Below the pieces are notes generated by a model. That model made no database searches. It was not told the origin of the DNA and saw only the letters and a list, made by a program, of their open reading frames with translations. The position numbers and the translations under genes are program-made. DNA of 37,056 nucleotides from assembly GCA_964636085.1 (NCBI GenBank), contig CAZWPQ010000007.1, positions 42,988-80,043 on the forward strand. Direction: 5' to 3'. Below are positions 18,421-27,936 of this stretch, piece by piece (the stretch's first letter is position 1; the number at the start of each line of letters is the position of its first letter). Source of the stretch: an uncultured Nitrososphaerota archaeon (GTDB lineage: Archaea; Asgardarchaeota; Njordarchaeia; Njordarchaeales; Panguiarchaeaceae).

Positions 18421-20142
18421 ATGGTGCATAGGATGGTTATACAGGGAAGGGTTGTTCAGGTAAGGGGAGACTATGTCAAGGTAGGTTTTAGGGATGAGGA
18501 TTTAAAGTATGTGGGTGCCCGTGGACAATTTCTCAAGATTATGACCAAGATGGGTAAAGAGCTTATCTGTATTGTAGCATCGTTGGAACTCTCTGACGAG
18601 CTTTATAGATACACAAAGTCACTAGCAATGTTTCCCGAATCATATGAGGATTTGATCCTTAGTAAGAATGATATCCTTGTGACTGTCGTAGGCACAATCC
18701 AGGATAATGGATCCATCACTCGTAAACATGACGCCATTCCAAGCCCTGGAGATATCGTAGAACCCATGACGGATGAGGAACTAAATAAGATATTCAGTAG
18801 AAGTGGCCCTAGGTTTATAAAGATAGGTTCTTTGGTGAACAATCCCTCTGTGGATGTATCTCTTGATCTGAATCAATTGGCGACAAAGCATGTCGCGATT
18901 TTGGCTATGACTGGTGCAGGAAAGTCAAATACTGTAGCTACTCTTATCGCCAGAATATTAAAGCATATGCCGTCCGCCAGAATAATACTTATAGATACAC
19001 ACTCTGAGTACATCGGTATGGCCAGCCTTAATAATGTTCTAGGAGATAAAGTATCCATATATTGTCCCATGGGGCGCTATAGGGAGCTTATTAGGCAGGA
19101 AGTCGATGAGAAAGCCCTTAAGAATTTGGAGATACCATACTGGTTTCTCAATGCGGATGAATGGTTCTCCCTACTTAACTTAGGGCCCCAAGCTACAACC
19201 CAGAGGAGAGTATTAAGGATGAAGCTCCGCGAACTTAAGGGGCCATATTTAGACGCGCCAATATTCTTTGAGCTAGAATCTGATGGTAGGGGACTTATAG
19301 ATCTGATTAAGGCTGAGAAGAGCGTACAGAGGAGCTCAATCGATTCTCTTCTGGATAAGATCGATGATGTGCGTTACAGTCCCGAGTATGAATTCATTTT
19401 TAATCCCACAGAATCTTTGAGGATTAAGGATAATCCCCACGAGGTTTTTAGAAGGGTAATAGAGCCCATAATAAATCCTGGACTCAAGATTTTTGCATTA
19501 GGTGGGATACCATCAGACGTTCAATCGGCCGTTATATCCATGCTTTTGAGATCCCTCTTTAGGGTTTCTGTTGAAGCAAAGCTCATTGGAAAAGTTATAC
19601 CTACAATCATAGTCATAGAAGAGGCACATCTCTACGCCCCAAGCGAACACTATTCCCCCGCTAAGAGCATTATAGAAAGAATATCTAAAGAGGGTAGAAA
19701 GTTTGGGACAGGCCTTATCATAATCTCTCAACGCCCAAAAGAGCTTTCTAGCACAGTCTTAGCTCAGTGCGGAACCCTCATCGCACTGAGACTCGTAAAT
19801 CCAGCCGATCAGAGATATATAATGGAGTCAATCGAGGACATTACATGGTATCTAACCAGGTCCTTGCCTGGTCTTGGAATCGGTGAAGCATTGATTTCGG
19901 GTCTCTCTGTTCCTATACCATGTATAGTAAAAATAGATAAGTTTGAGGAGGTTGTATCAGAAGAGTTTGGCCTGCAGATAGGATTAGGCGGGAGGGATGT
20001 GGACGTAACCGGGGTCTGGTCTAGAGATGTGACATATGAAGACATTAAGGATATTATCGATAGTCTCTATGACGCATACAAAGTTAAGCCAGAGCCGTCC
20101 AAAAAGCAGGATAAAAAACAGCTAACACTATTCGAGGTATAG
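18421..20142 (+). CDS. herA: HerA helicase/translocase (HAS barrel + FtsK/HerA ATPase)
   Basis: HVAILAMTGAGKS (Walker A), IDTHSEY, IVIEEAH (Walker B), KEGRKFG, ISQRP, SQ-like AQCGT, LPGLGIGEA. Confidence 0.93.
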   Translation: MVHRMVIQGRVVQVRGDYVKVGFRDEDLKYVGARGQFLKIMTKMGKELICIVASLELSDELYRYTKSLAMFPESYEDLILSKNDILVTVVGTIQDNGSITRKHDAIPSPGDIVEPMTDEELNKIFSRSGPRFIKIGSLVNNPSVDVSLDLNQLATKHVAILAMTGAGKSNTVATLIARILKHMPSARIILIDTHSEYIGMASLNNVLGDKVSIYCPMGRYRELIRQEVDEKALKNLEIPYWFLNADEWFSLLNLGPQATTQRRVLRMKLRELKGPYLDAPIFFELESDGRGLIDLIKAEKSVQRSSIDSLLDKIDDVRYSPEYEFIFNPTESLRIKDNPHEVFRRVIEPIINPGLKIFALGGIPSDVQSAVISMLLRSLFRVSVEAKLIGKVIPTIIVIEEAHLYAPSEHYSPAKSIIERISKEGRKFGTGLIIISQRPKELSSTVLAQCGTLIALRLVNPADQRYIMESIEDITWYLTRSLPGLGIGEALISGLSVPIPCIVKIDKFEEVVSEEFGLQIGLGGRDVDVTGVWSRDVTYEDIKDIIDSLYDAYKVKPEPSKKQDKKQLTLFEV

Positions 20143-20146
20143 ATAG

Positions 20147-21553
20147 ATGCCTATGGATGTGTTCAAAGCATTGAAGAACATGATTTCTGCTAAACATGCA
20201 GAAGATATTATGGAGGAGCTCAAAAACTTCAAATATAGAGTGAAAGAACAACTAGGCACAATTAATGTGGACTCATTAGACAATATAGATGGGATAGATG
20301 GCGCAATAGGAGTATTCACAGATGGTAGCAATGTTGTATCAGAGAGGCGGGGGGCAGGAGTCGCAATATTCTCTGCAGCCTCCTTACTATTCGAGATTTC
20401 TGGAAAAAATCTGAAATTTAGGGGAAAACATATTATAACACCCAATGATTGCATCCTGATAATAATTCCAAGGTTCTATATTGGGACTAGGGCAAACACT
20501 ATTATGAGGGGGATAGAATACCTATCAACACTCCATTTGATTAGCACAACTAAGGACATAGACTTCGCCATTATTGACGGTTCATATGTCTCCACGCTTC
20601 TGTCGGCCAGGTGGGGAATTGAGCATCTGTATAGGGACTTCTATAATACCTTGACTGCTTTTTGCTCATCATCCAAGACCAGTAAAAAACCCAAGACAGA
20701 CATTATTGTGGATATTTGCGAATCCATTAGTGATGCCACAAATAGAATACTTAGTAATCATGTATTCAGGGGACTACGTCGACCCCAGTCTATACTATCA
20801 AACTTTTGTGAGAACTATGCGGAGTACATCTCGATGATCTATGAGGCTGTTGTCAACAACCATGAGATTCCCGAACCATGTTATGTATCTCTGATGAATT
20901 ACGTCTCTATGTTCTTTGAGATAAACTTGTCAATGAAAGCACTCGTAATGTTGCTTAATAATGCCCATAAGAGGAGGCTAGTTTTATTATGGCTCAACAA
21001 GGAACCAGAAAGTAGAATCCTCACCAAAAATGTTGACCACAAGCTCTTCAGAATGTTTACTGATGCAACAGTACTGGATTTTTCGCTCGATAATGGAGAG
21101 TTTTTACACCATTATGGTCTCCCCTCAATATCTCCCTCTGGAATATATATCTCGAAAACTCTGGCTTCCCGTACCTCTTCATCATCTCATGTGCTTATTC
21201 CGGAGCTGGCCGATGTTATATATGGGATCTATGGCGAGTATGGCGTTGTCTATGTCAAATATCTGGAGTATGTCATACAATACACATACCCTAGAACTCT
21301 CTTCGGGGTATTCGATGAAGAAAGGCTCAAGATTGATGAGGCTGTATTAAAGTATATCAAGTTGCTTGGAAATATAAGCGATGTTGGATATCCACTTCCA
21401 ATGATCCATGCGCATAACACTACAGTTTTAAAAGCAGGACTTGCAGAGATTCTAGCAGACAAATTCACTGAGATACTCTCACTAGACCCTAGGCTATCCC
21501 AACTCGCTAGAAGATTAATAGGTAAACCAGGACGAAGATTAATTGGAATATAA
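20147..21553 (+). CDS. nurA: NurA-family 5'-3' nuclease
   Basis: TDGS, IIDGS, K...SR and GYPLPMIHAH motifs; starts 4 nt after the herA stop. Confidence 0.85.
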   Translation: MPMDVFKALKNMISAKHAEDIMEELKNFKYRVKEQLGTINVDSLDNIDGIDGAIGVFTDGSNVVSERRGAGVAIFSAASLLFEISGKNLKFRGKHIITPNDCILIIIPRFYIGTRANTIMRGIEYLSTLHLISTTKDIDFAIIDGSYVSTLLSARWGIEHLYRDFYNTLTAFCSSSKTSKKPKTDIIVDICESISDATNRILSNHVFRGLRRPQSILSNFCENYAEYISMIYEAVVNNHEIPEPCYVSLMNYVSMFFEINLSMKALVMLLNNAHKRRLVLLWLNKEPESRILTKNVDHKLFRMFTDATVLDFSLDNGEFLHHYGLPSISPSGIYISKTLASRTSSSSHVLIPELADVIYGIYGEYGVVYVKYLEYVIQYTYPRTLFGVFDEERLKIDEAVLKYIKLLGNISDVGYPLPMIHAHNTTVLKAGLAEILADKFTEILSLDPRLSQLARRLIGKPGRRLIGI

Positions 21554-21639
21554 TTTCCCATCGAGTGCATCATTTGGGTCTAGGTTGTTCTCAAAATCTT
21601 TACTTTTTTATTTTAATTTGTAACTCTTTTTAATTATAG

Positions 21640-22824
21640 GTGCGTTTAATGCTATCAAATTTATTTTTATCCAACTATACATTTGTTGATGACAAAGGTA
21701 TAGAATTGAGCCTCAACAGAATAAATATAGTATTGGGTTTATCATCTATAAAAGCAGCACTATTTATGGCTCCATGCCTGCTTGAGGGCGTCATGTCGAA
21801 CCTTAATATTAGATACACAACACCAAGATTGAGCTTTGGATCTTTTGACGAAGTTGTATTTAATGGATGTATAAGTAAGCCTATAACCGTCTACATGCGT
21901 TTTAAGAAGTTCAAAAAGTCGCTACATGAATCATTTTTCTCTCTTCTATTCAGCGCATCACCAGTGGCCTTCGATAAATACTCTGATGAATTTAGACACA
22001 TCGATGTCCTCGATCTATACTTGGAAATTCTTGGAGATAGAATAAATATGTTGAGGCTTATAATAAACGAGCATATTATGTTCAGTGTTGCCAGACATGA
22101 GGTTTGGACTTGGAAGTTTGAGATCGATAAAAAGACTATTGTCGAGAAATCTAATAATTTTCCAGCCGTCAACTTTAGCGGTTTATTAAGCAGTATATTG
22201 GACTCCATACATTACGCCGACATACGATCTTGGTTTGTTGATAAATATCAATCACTTGGTACTGAGAGCATGCGCTCTGTTATAGCAAAGAAGTTAATAG
22301 ATGTCTTCTCTGATCTAGACAGCTCCCAGAAACTTAGGACATTTCTTAGGGATACGGGAGATATGGCGATACGTCTTCGATATATCCCTCCATCATCCCT
22401 AGGGGTCGAATTTAAGTTATCTAGCTCTTGGAAAAAAATGAATTTCTACGACCTAGACTTCATAAGTTTGCTTCCAATATTAGCGATATTATTTGGAACT
22501 TCCGAAGAGGACTCTATAATTATACTTGAACCCTCAATAATGGCCCCAAAGATCCAGCGCGCTTTGTTCCAAATTAGCACCGACATAGCACTCAATGAGA
22601 ATAAGCAAGTTATCTTCCTAACGAATTCCCCTATTATTGTAGGGGAATTGCTTAAAAGTGATAAGAAGGTAAAGGATAAAGCGAGACTAATGCTAGTGTA
22701 TTATGAAAATAGGGCATACATTAGAGACCTAAAATTTGATTCGAATGGCATAAGAATGGGGGAGTATAAGGAAAAATTCAAACAATTTTGGACTGACGAC
22801 CTAATAGAATCTTTTTCATCATAG
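21640..22824 (+). CDS. Degenerate ABC/AAA_21 (AbiEii/OLD-type) ATPase-like protein
   Basis: Layout matches the family: L.NY...IELSLNRINIVLG, then IIILEP...PKIQ, then QVIFLTNSP. Walker A, the D-loop and the H-switch are all substituted. Confidence 0.7.
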   Translation: MRLMLSNLFLSNYTFVDDKGIELSLNRINIVLGLSSIKAALFMAPCLLEGVMSNLNIRYTTPRLSFGSFDEVVFNGCISKPITVYMRFKKFKKSLHESFFSLLFSASPVAFDKYSDEFRHIDVLDLYLEILGDRINMLRLIINEHIMFSVARHEVWTWKFEIDKKTIVEKSNNFPAVNFSGLLSSILDSIHYADIRSWFVDKYQSLGTESMRSVIAKKLIDVFSDLDSSQKLRTFLRDTGDMAIRLRYIPPSSLGVEFKLSSSWKKMNFYDLDFISLLPILAILFGTSEEDSIIILEPSIMAPKIQRALFQISTDIALNENKQVIFLTNSPIIVGELLKSDKKVKDKARLMLVYYENRAYIRDLKFDSNGIRMGEYKEKFKQFWTDDLIESFSS

Positions 22825-22826
22825 TC

Positions 22827-24041
22827 CTACCTCGTCCCAGCTATTTCTCTAGACTTAATATATCCCTCCAAATACATTGCTAGGCTCTTCGCCTGATCAG
22901 ATATAAGTCTATATGGTAGCCCAAGGGCATCATCATCCGCGAGTATATCACGTATATCATTGGGTCCTAGAAGGTGCGTAGAAAAAATAAATGGCAGTAT
23001 ATTATGTACATCGTCGGGGGGAGGAACAACATATAGGTTTGCTGGTACTGTTTCCAATGTTTTCTCCATCTTTAGCTTCTCTACCAACAATTTAAGTTCG
23101 TCTGGAATTTTTACCTTTTTGCTGATATCTACTAATACATTTTCTGAGTTGCCAAACAATAGGTGGTAAAGAGACAATATGTATAAGGGCTCCATATATT
23201 TAAATCTTGGTTTTTTTCCAGATATCGAAGATAGGAACTCCGCGGTTATTCTAGACGCGTGCAGAATCACATCCTTAGCCATCCTAGAGAAGCTAAATAG
23301 GGCCATATTTTCCCTCCTTCTGAGAGTCTCTAACAAAGAATCCTGGAAGTTTTTTAGTATTGTCTTCAGTATAATTATCGTGTTATAGATCCATAATGTA
23401 GAATTTACCACGACGATGAGATTCTTCATGGAAAAAACTTGGGGCTGGATATTGAATATGCTTCCCAGCTTGCTTATACCATCAAACAACATCTCCAGTT
23501 CGTATGTTAATCCTTGCTCATGAAGAATTGCGAACCTTGTTATACTACCAGTAGCCCATATATAAAATAGGAGAGGACGAACGTCTATACCAACACTTGT
23601 CATTTCACTAATCTCAGATCGGATGCCCTTTAGACTTGTCACGCTTATCGTGTTGAATGCTGATAGATTTAGATTTGTATCAACAATAACACCAGATACA
23701 TCAAGAGCAACAGCTAGTTTTATTGGAAGAAGAACATATGATGCTACATCTATCATTGAATTTGGGGTGGCAAGATAAAGGTTATTACTTGATAGCCTCA
23801 CAATCGACATGGATATATTCCTACCAAAGACAGACGTCTCCATGGATTCTATCTCATTGGTTGTGGATTTTCGCAATATATTAAACATATCTTTATTTTG
23901 CGTATTCAAGTCTAGCAGTAACATCTCTGCTGGATCTACATATTTTATCTCAAAAAAAGCCCTATGAAGACACATCGACATCAGCGTCTTTCCAGCCCCT
24001 CCCTTGCTGGCAAAAAACCAGAATACATTTAATGGCTTCAT
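22827..24041 (-). CDS. ParA/MinD-like (deviant Walker A) ATPase with uncharacterised C-terminal region
   Basis: FFASKGGAGKT, LLLDLNTQN, VIVDT. Start reassigned to ATG 24041, which forms an ATGA overlap with the upstream stop and follows GGTGG. Confidence 0.75.
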   Translation of the reverse strand: MKPLNVFWFFASKGGAGKTLMSMCLHRAFFEIKYVDPAEMLLLDLNTQNKDMFNILRKSTTNEIESMETSVFGRNISMSIVRLSSNNLYLATPNSMIDVASYVLLPIKLAVALDVSGVIVDTNLNLSAFNTISVTSLKGIRSEISEMTSVGIDVRPLLFYIWATGSITRFAILHEQGLTYELEMLFDGISKLGSIFNIQPQVFSMKNLIVVVNSTLWIYNTIIILKTILKNFQDSLLETLRRRENMALFSFSRMAKDVILHASRITAEFLSSISGKKPRFKYMEPLYILSLYHLLFGNSENVLVDISKKVKIPDELKLLVEKLKMEKTLETVPANLYVVPPPDDVHNILPFIFSTHLLGPNDIRDILADDDALGLPYRLISDQAKSLAMYLEGYIKSREIAGTR

Positions 24042-24520
24042 CCACCATACCTTAAACATTCGAGTATTTCATTTATCTTTGAGTTCACGATCTTTATGTT
24101 CTTATATGCGAATATAAAGACAAGCACGTAATCAACTATAAATACTATAAATAACTTTATTGCCAAAGAGGCTTCTATCACATTTATTGTCAACGTTATA
24201 GTTATGAGTATTGGTATGAATACGAGAGAGACTAAGGGAATCGAAAATCCATAGAATGCTCCATATGCTATTCTAAGAATATTTCGTTTCAACATATCTA
24301 GGGATAATTGTTTCCTGAATTTTTTTGTCAGAAGTATCGATAGCTTCACAGCGAGAAATACTCCAGCAGAGGCCATAAAAATCATGTAGACCAGCATCAA
24401 TCTTATATCAAACCTCGAAAGTAAATAGTACGGCAATATGAACAACAGGCCATAAAAGTTGATTATATTCATTAACCAAGCTCTCCTAGCAGTTTCTATG
24501 AGATATACCTTCTCTTTCAT
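24038..24520 (-). CDS. Hypothetical membrane protein (~4 TM)
   Basis: Four hydrophobic segments. Start ATG 24520 forms an ATGA overlap with the upstream stop and is preceded by GGTGGG. Confidence 0.8.
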   Translation of the reverse strand: MKEKVYLIETARRAWLMNIINFYGLLFILPYYLLSRFDIRLMLVYMIFMASAGVFLAVKLSILLTKKFRKQLSLDMLKRNILRIAYGAFYGFSIPLVSLVFIPILITITLTINVIEASLAIKLFIVFIVDYVLVFIFAYKNIKIVNSKINEILECLRYGG

Positions 24521-25365
24521 ACCCACCACTTTACCTTCTTTTGAAGCTCCTCAAACATCTTTCTAGTATCCTCACCCCTCCACAGAGTCGTTACATATAA
24601 CGCTGCCTGGAAGCTTGGCACGGCTAGGATTGTACTTATAAATGCATATGATAGCAATGTTATTATCCAACAGAATATGCTTCCATATCCACTAGGGACA
24701 ATGGTATATATCTCCAGGATACATGCTACAAATACAACCAACAATACTAGAAAGTTTATTGAAAGTATATTTCTCTCCGATATCTCCCTAACCGGGTTCT
24801 TCCAGCAATCCATGGCCATTGTCAAGTAGTAATATGCAATAGCGGCCACGATTGCAATAGCTGGGAATACAATTCTACATACAACAACGATCCTGTTTGC
24901 TGGAAATGCGATCAATGCAAGCATAGGTAACGATGCACATAATACATATTCAACAGATACTAATTTTTCCTCTATTTCCCTAGGTGTGAGAATCGACGCT
25001 ATAGATCCCTTTCTAACGAGATCCAATAGGACATATGTTATGAATCTCGTTGACAGAGAAACCATTTTTGGGTATACTAGTATATGCATTAATAATAGAA
25101 AACCTAGGAGGCTTAGACCGATCCTCGTATCTTCCTGAAGTACCCACACCACAAGAAGCACTGAAAAACCTAGCAATATTCCCCTTATCCTCGGAACATT
25201 CTTCGACCTAGTTAAAAAGCTAGATATTCTACGGGAAAACCGAGTTATTTTTTCTGTAATTACCTCCAGTCTTGATGGTTTTGGGATCCTCAGAATGCCG
25301 CCGTAGGGCTCTTCCTTGATTTTCTTTTCTAATACCTCCTCAAGCTTCTCCAACTCGTCTGACAA
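24517..25365 (-). CDS. Hypothetical membrane protein (~6 TM) with charged N-terminal region
   Basis: 282-aa ORF with three apparent TM hairpins separated by soluble loops. Confidence 0.8.
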   Translation of the reverse strand: MSDELEKLEEVLEKKIKEEPYGGILRIPKPSRLEVITEKITRFSRRISSFLTRSKNVPRIRGILLGFSVLLVVWVLQEDTRIGLSLLGFLLLMHILVYPKMVSLSTRFITYVLLDLVRKGSIASILTPREIEEKLVSVEYVLCASLPMLALIAFPANRIVVVCRIVFPAIAIVAAIAYYYLTMAMDCWKNPVREISERNILSINFLVLLVVFVACILEIYTIVPSGYGSIFCWIITLLSYAFISTILAVPSFQAALYVTTLWRGEDTRKMFEELQKKVKWWV

Positions 25366-25514
25366 TAATATCCAACCAAGCTAACCAATATTATCTTATG
25401 GTAGCATAGATTTTTTAAAATTATGAATTTTAAATTGATCCACACCAACGTTAGTAAGGAGTATCATTGGGTCGAAATGGTGATGGGGAATAAAAATAGG
25501 AGTAACTAATTGTT

Positions 25515-26873
25515 TTAAGCCTCATAAGTATGTTTTTTGGCTTCTAGTTCCCTTATTTCCATCAACAGTACCTCGTCATGCTTCAGTCTTAGCCCAAAGA
25601 TTATGGTTAGGAAAAAGAATATTAGTGCTGGTATTCCTATCCCTATCAGTCCGCCCCATTTTTCCCATGCCTTACCCATGAAGTATTTATGGCCCCAATA
25701 GTACCCAATGCCTCCAATAATCACTCCGGTAACCTCCCCCATACTGGTAACGAATTGAAAACCACTGGAGACTATTCCTCTCTCTCCAGTCACAGCAGTA
25801 TCTCCTAATCTCCCTAAAAAAGATGGGCCAATCGATGCAAAACAGAATATCCCAGGAGCCAGTATTATATAAAATTCTATATCCTCATAAGTTATATTGA
25901 ATACTTTGTAGGATAGTACTCCCAGCATTGCAGTTATTAGTAAACCAAGGACTCCAATCGTTGCGGTTTTTTTCCTTCCAATTTTATCCGCCACATAGCC
26001 CCAGAAAGGCGATGTTCCACCGATAAATAGGACGATTATTGCTGTTATGAAACCAGTCTTCTCCTCATCTACACCGAGATCTCTCATCAATGTATACGGT
26101 CCCAATGTAAATAGCAGGCCCCATAGACATGCCAACGTAAACCATGTGATTCCCTGATCCCTCCTGAGCTTTCCAAACATCACCTTAGCGCCTGCTCCGA
26201 TATGTTCGAATATACGAGTCCACAAGTGTTCGACACGACCCTTTCTCTCAGGAGGGATATGAGGAAGGCCCATGTAAAATAGAAAACCAGTAAAAATAAA
26301 GATAACAGCGAGAATTAGAAAAGCTTTTAGTGCTTCCGCTGCCTCAAAACCATTATTCGAGCCGTTCACGAAGATGCTATATAAAACGCCTGATACCGCA
26401 AGGCCGCAGATTCTCCCATACATCAATATCATGTCATAAAATCCCATCATTCTTGCACGATCTCTATATTCGGTGTATCTGGTGATAACAGCAACAGTGG
26501 GGGTAACCTTAAGTGAGGATGATATACCATGTACTATATGGCCTATTATTAGAATCATTAAGAATATCTGTAGATTTGTTGCAAATGGATACGCCGCAAG
26601 ATATATGAGCATTGATATTGATGCTATAACCGCTGAAGACAAGAGAACTATACGGGCATCAAGTATGTCGGTTGCATATCCGGTTGCTCCAGCCAAGAGC
26701 CCCTCTGGTAGGGAGAAGGATATTGCGAATGCAACTATAGCGAATGGGCCATATCCAAGATTTTTCATTATCGTAATTGCAAGCAATGCAGCTGTTCCAA
26801 ACGCAAACCTAAATATGAATGTGCCCAGATACAATATAAAGAATACCCTCTGTCGCTCCTTCAGCGCATCCAT
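25515..26873 (-). CDS. MFS transporter
   Basis: About 12 TM segments; motif A GYVADKIGRK; DRARMMG; ERG. Confidence 0.93.
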   Translation of the reverse strand: MDALKERQRVFFILYLGTFIFRFAFGTAALLAITIMKNLGYGPFAIVAFAISFSLPEGLLAGATGYATDILDARIVLLSSAVIASISMLIYLAAYPFATNLQIFLMILIIGHIVHGISSSLKVTPTVAVITRYTEYRDRARMMGFYDMILMYGRICGLAVSGVLYSIFVNGSNNGFEAAEALKAFLILAVIFIFTGFLFYMGLPHIPPERKGRVEHLWTRIFEHIGAGAKVMFGKLRRDQGITWFTLACLWGLLFTLGPYTLMRDLGVDEEKTGFITAIIVLFIGGTSPFWGYVADKIGRKKTATIGVLGLLITAMLGVLSYKVFNITYEDIEFYIILAPGIFCFASIGPSFLGRLGDTAVTGERGIVSSGFQFVTSMGEVTGVIIGGIGYYWGHKYFMGKAWEKWGGLIGIGIPALIFFFLTIIFGLRLKHDEVLLMEIRELEAKKHTYEA

Positions 26874-26919
26874 ATTTATATACCAACTTATCTTTTTTAT
26901 AAAACAATACGAAAAGATC

Positions 26920-27858
26920 CTAAAATATGGTTGGTGGTGGTTCTAATTCTATCTTAACCTTATAACTAGTTCTTCCTCTCCAAAATTCTATCTCCACCAC
27001 ATCTCCGATCCTATGCTTCCTAATTATACTGGACAAATCCTCTGCTGTCTTAACCTCATCTCTATCAATTCTGACTATGATGTCGCCTGGCTTAAGACCA
27101 GATTTAAACGCGGGGGAATATGGAACTAGTTTAACTACCAGAGCACCTTTCTCGATGGGCAGGGCATAAAAATGCGCTAGGGGTTTCGTGACGGAGGCCA
27201 CATATACGCCAAGCCATGGCAATATAACCTTGCCATACTCTATAATGTCCTTGTATATCCTTATAGCCGTGTTTATTGGTATGGCAAATCCAATACCCTG
27301 CGCAAATGGTATTATGGCTGTATTCACACCTATTACTTTACCATCTATAGTAGCTAGGGGGCCGCCCGAATTGCCCGGATTTATCGCCGCATCTGTTTGA
27401 ATAACATTCTCTAATGTTACATTGGGGGCTCTAATAGTCCTATTTAGTGCTGATATGACACCAATTGTGACAGAAGGTTCACCAATAAGACCCAACGGAT
27501 ATCCTACGGCTACAACAATCTGACCCACTTTTAGGTTATCTGAATCGCCTATATTCACTGGTTTATATCCACTGCCAGGTAAATCTAGCACGGCTACATC
27601 GAAACGTGGATCGCCCCCTAGGATCCTTGGTTCGGTCATCTCTCCCTCTGGTGTTATGACTTTTAATATTTCTCCTCCAGCTATTACATGGTAGTTAGTT
27701 ATTATGTGGCCTTCCTTGTTTACAATAAAGCCAGATCCGACACCTCTAACGGGTACGGGTTCCAGTAGGAAGTCGTATGCGATCCTAGTAGTTACTATGG
27801 TGACAACACTGTTCTTTAACTCCTTTACCGCATTGACTATCAGTTCCTGAAGTGACAT
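26920..27858 (-). CDS. htrA: HtrA/DegP-family serine protease (trypsin + one PDZ), no signal peptide
   Basis: GSGFIV, TNYHV, DVAVL, IQTDAAINPGNSGGPL, PWLGV, SPAFKSGLKPGDII. Confidence 0.95.
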   Translation of the reverse strand: MSLQELIVNAVKELKNSVVTIVTTRIAYDFLLEPVPVRGVGSGFIVNKEGHIITNYHVIAGGEILKVITPEGEMTEPRILGGDPRFDVAVLDLPGSGYKPVNIGDSDNLKVGQIVVAVGYPLGLIGEPSVTIGVISALNRTIRAPNVTLENVIQTDAAINPGNSGGPLATIDGKVIGVNTAIIPFAQGIGFAIPINTAIRIYKDIIEYGKVILPWLGVYVASVTKPLAHFYALPIEKGALVVKLVPYSPAFKSGLKPGDIIVRIDRDEVKTAEDLSSIIRKHRIGDVVEIEFWRGRTSYKVKIELEPPPTIF

Positions 27859-27936
27859 TTTACTTCACACATATTAGTCCTTTATTTATGTTAAAATAGA
27901 CAAGTACATATGGGTTTTGTCTCTAGGCATAGTGTC

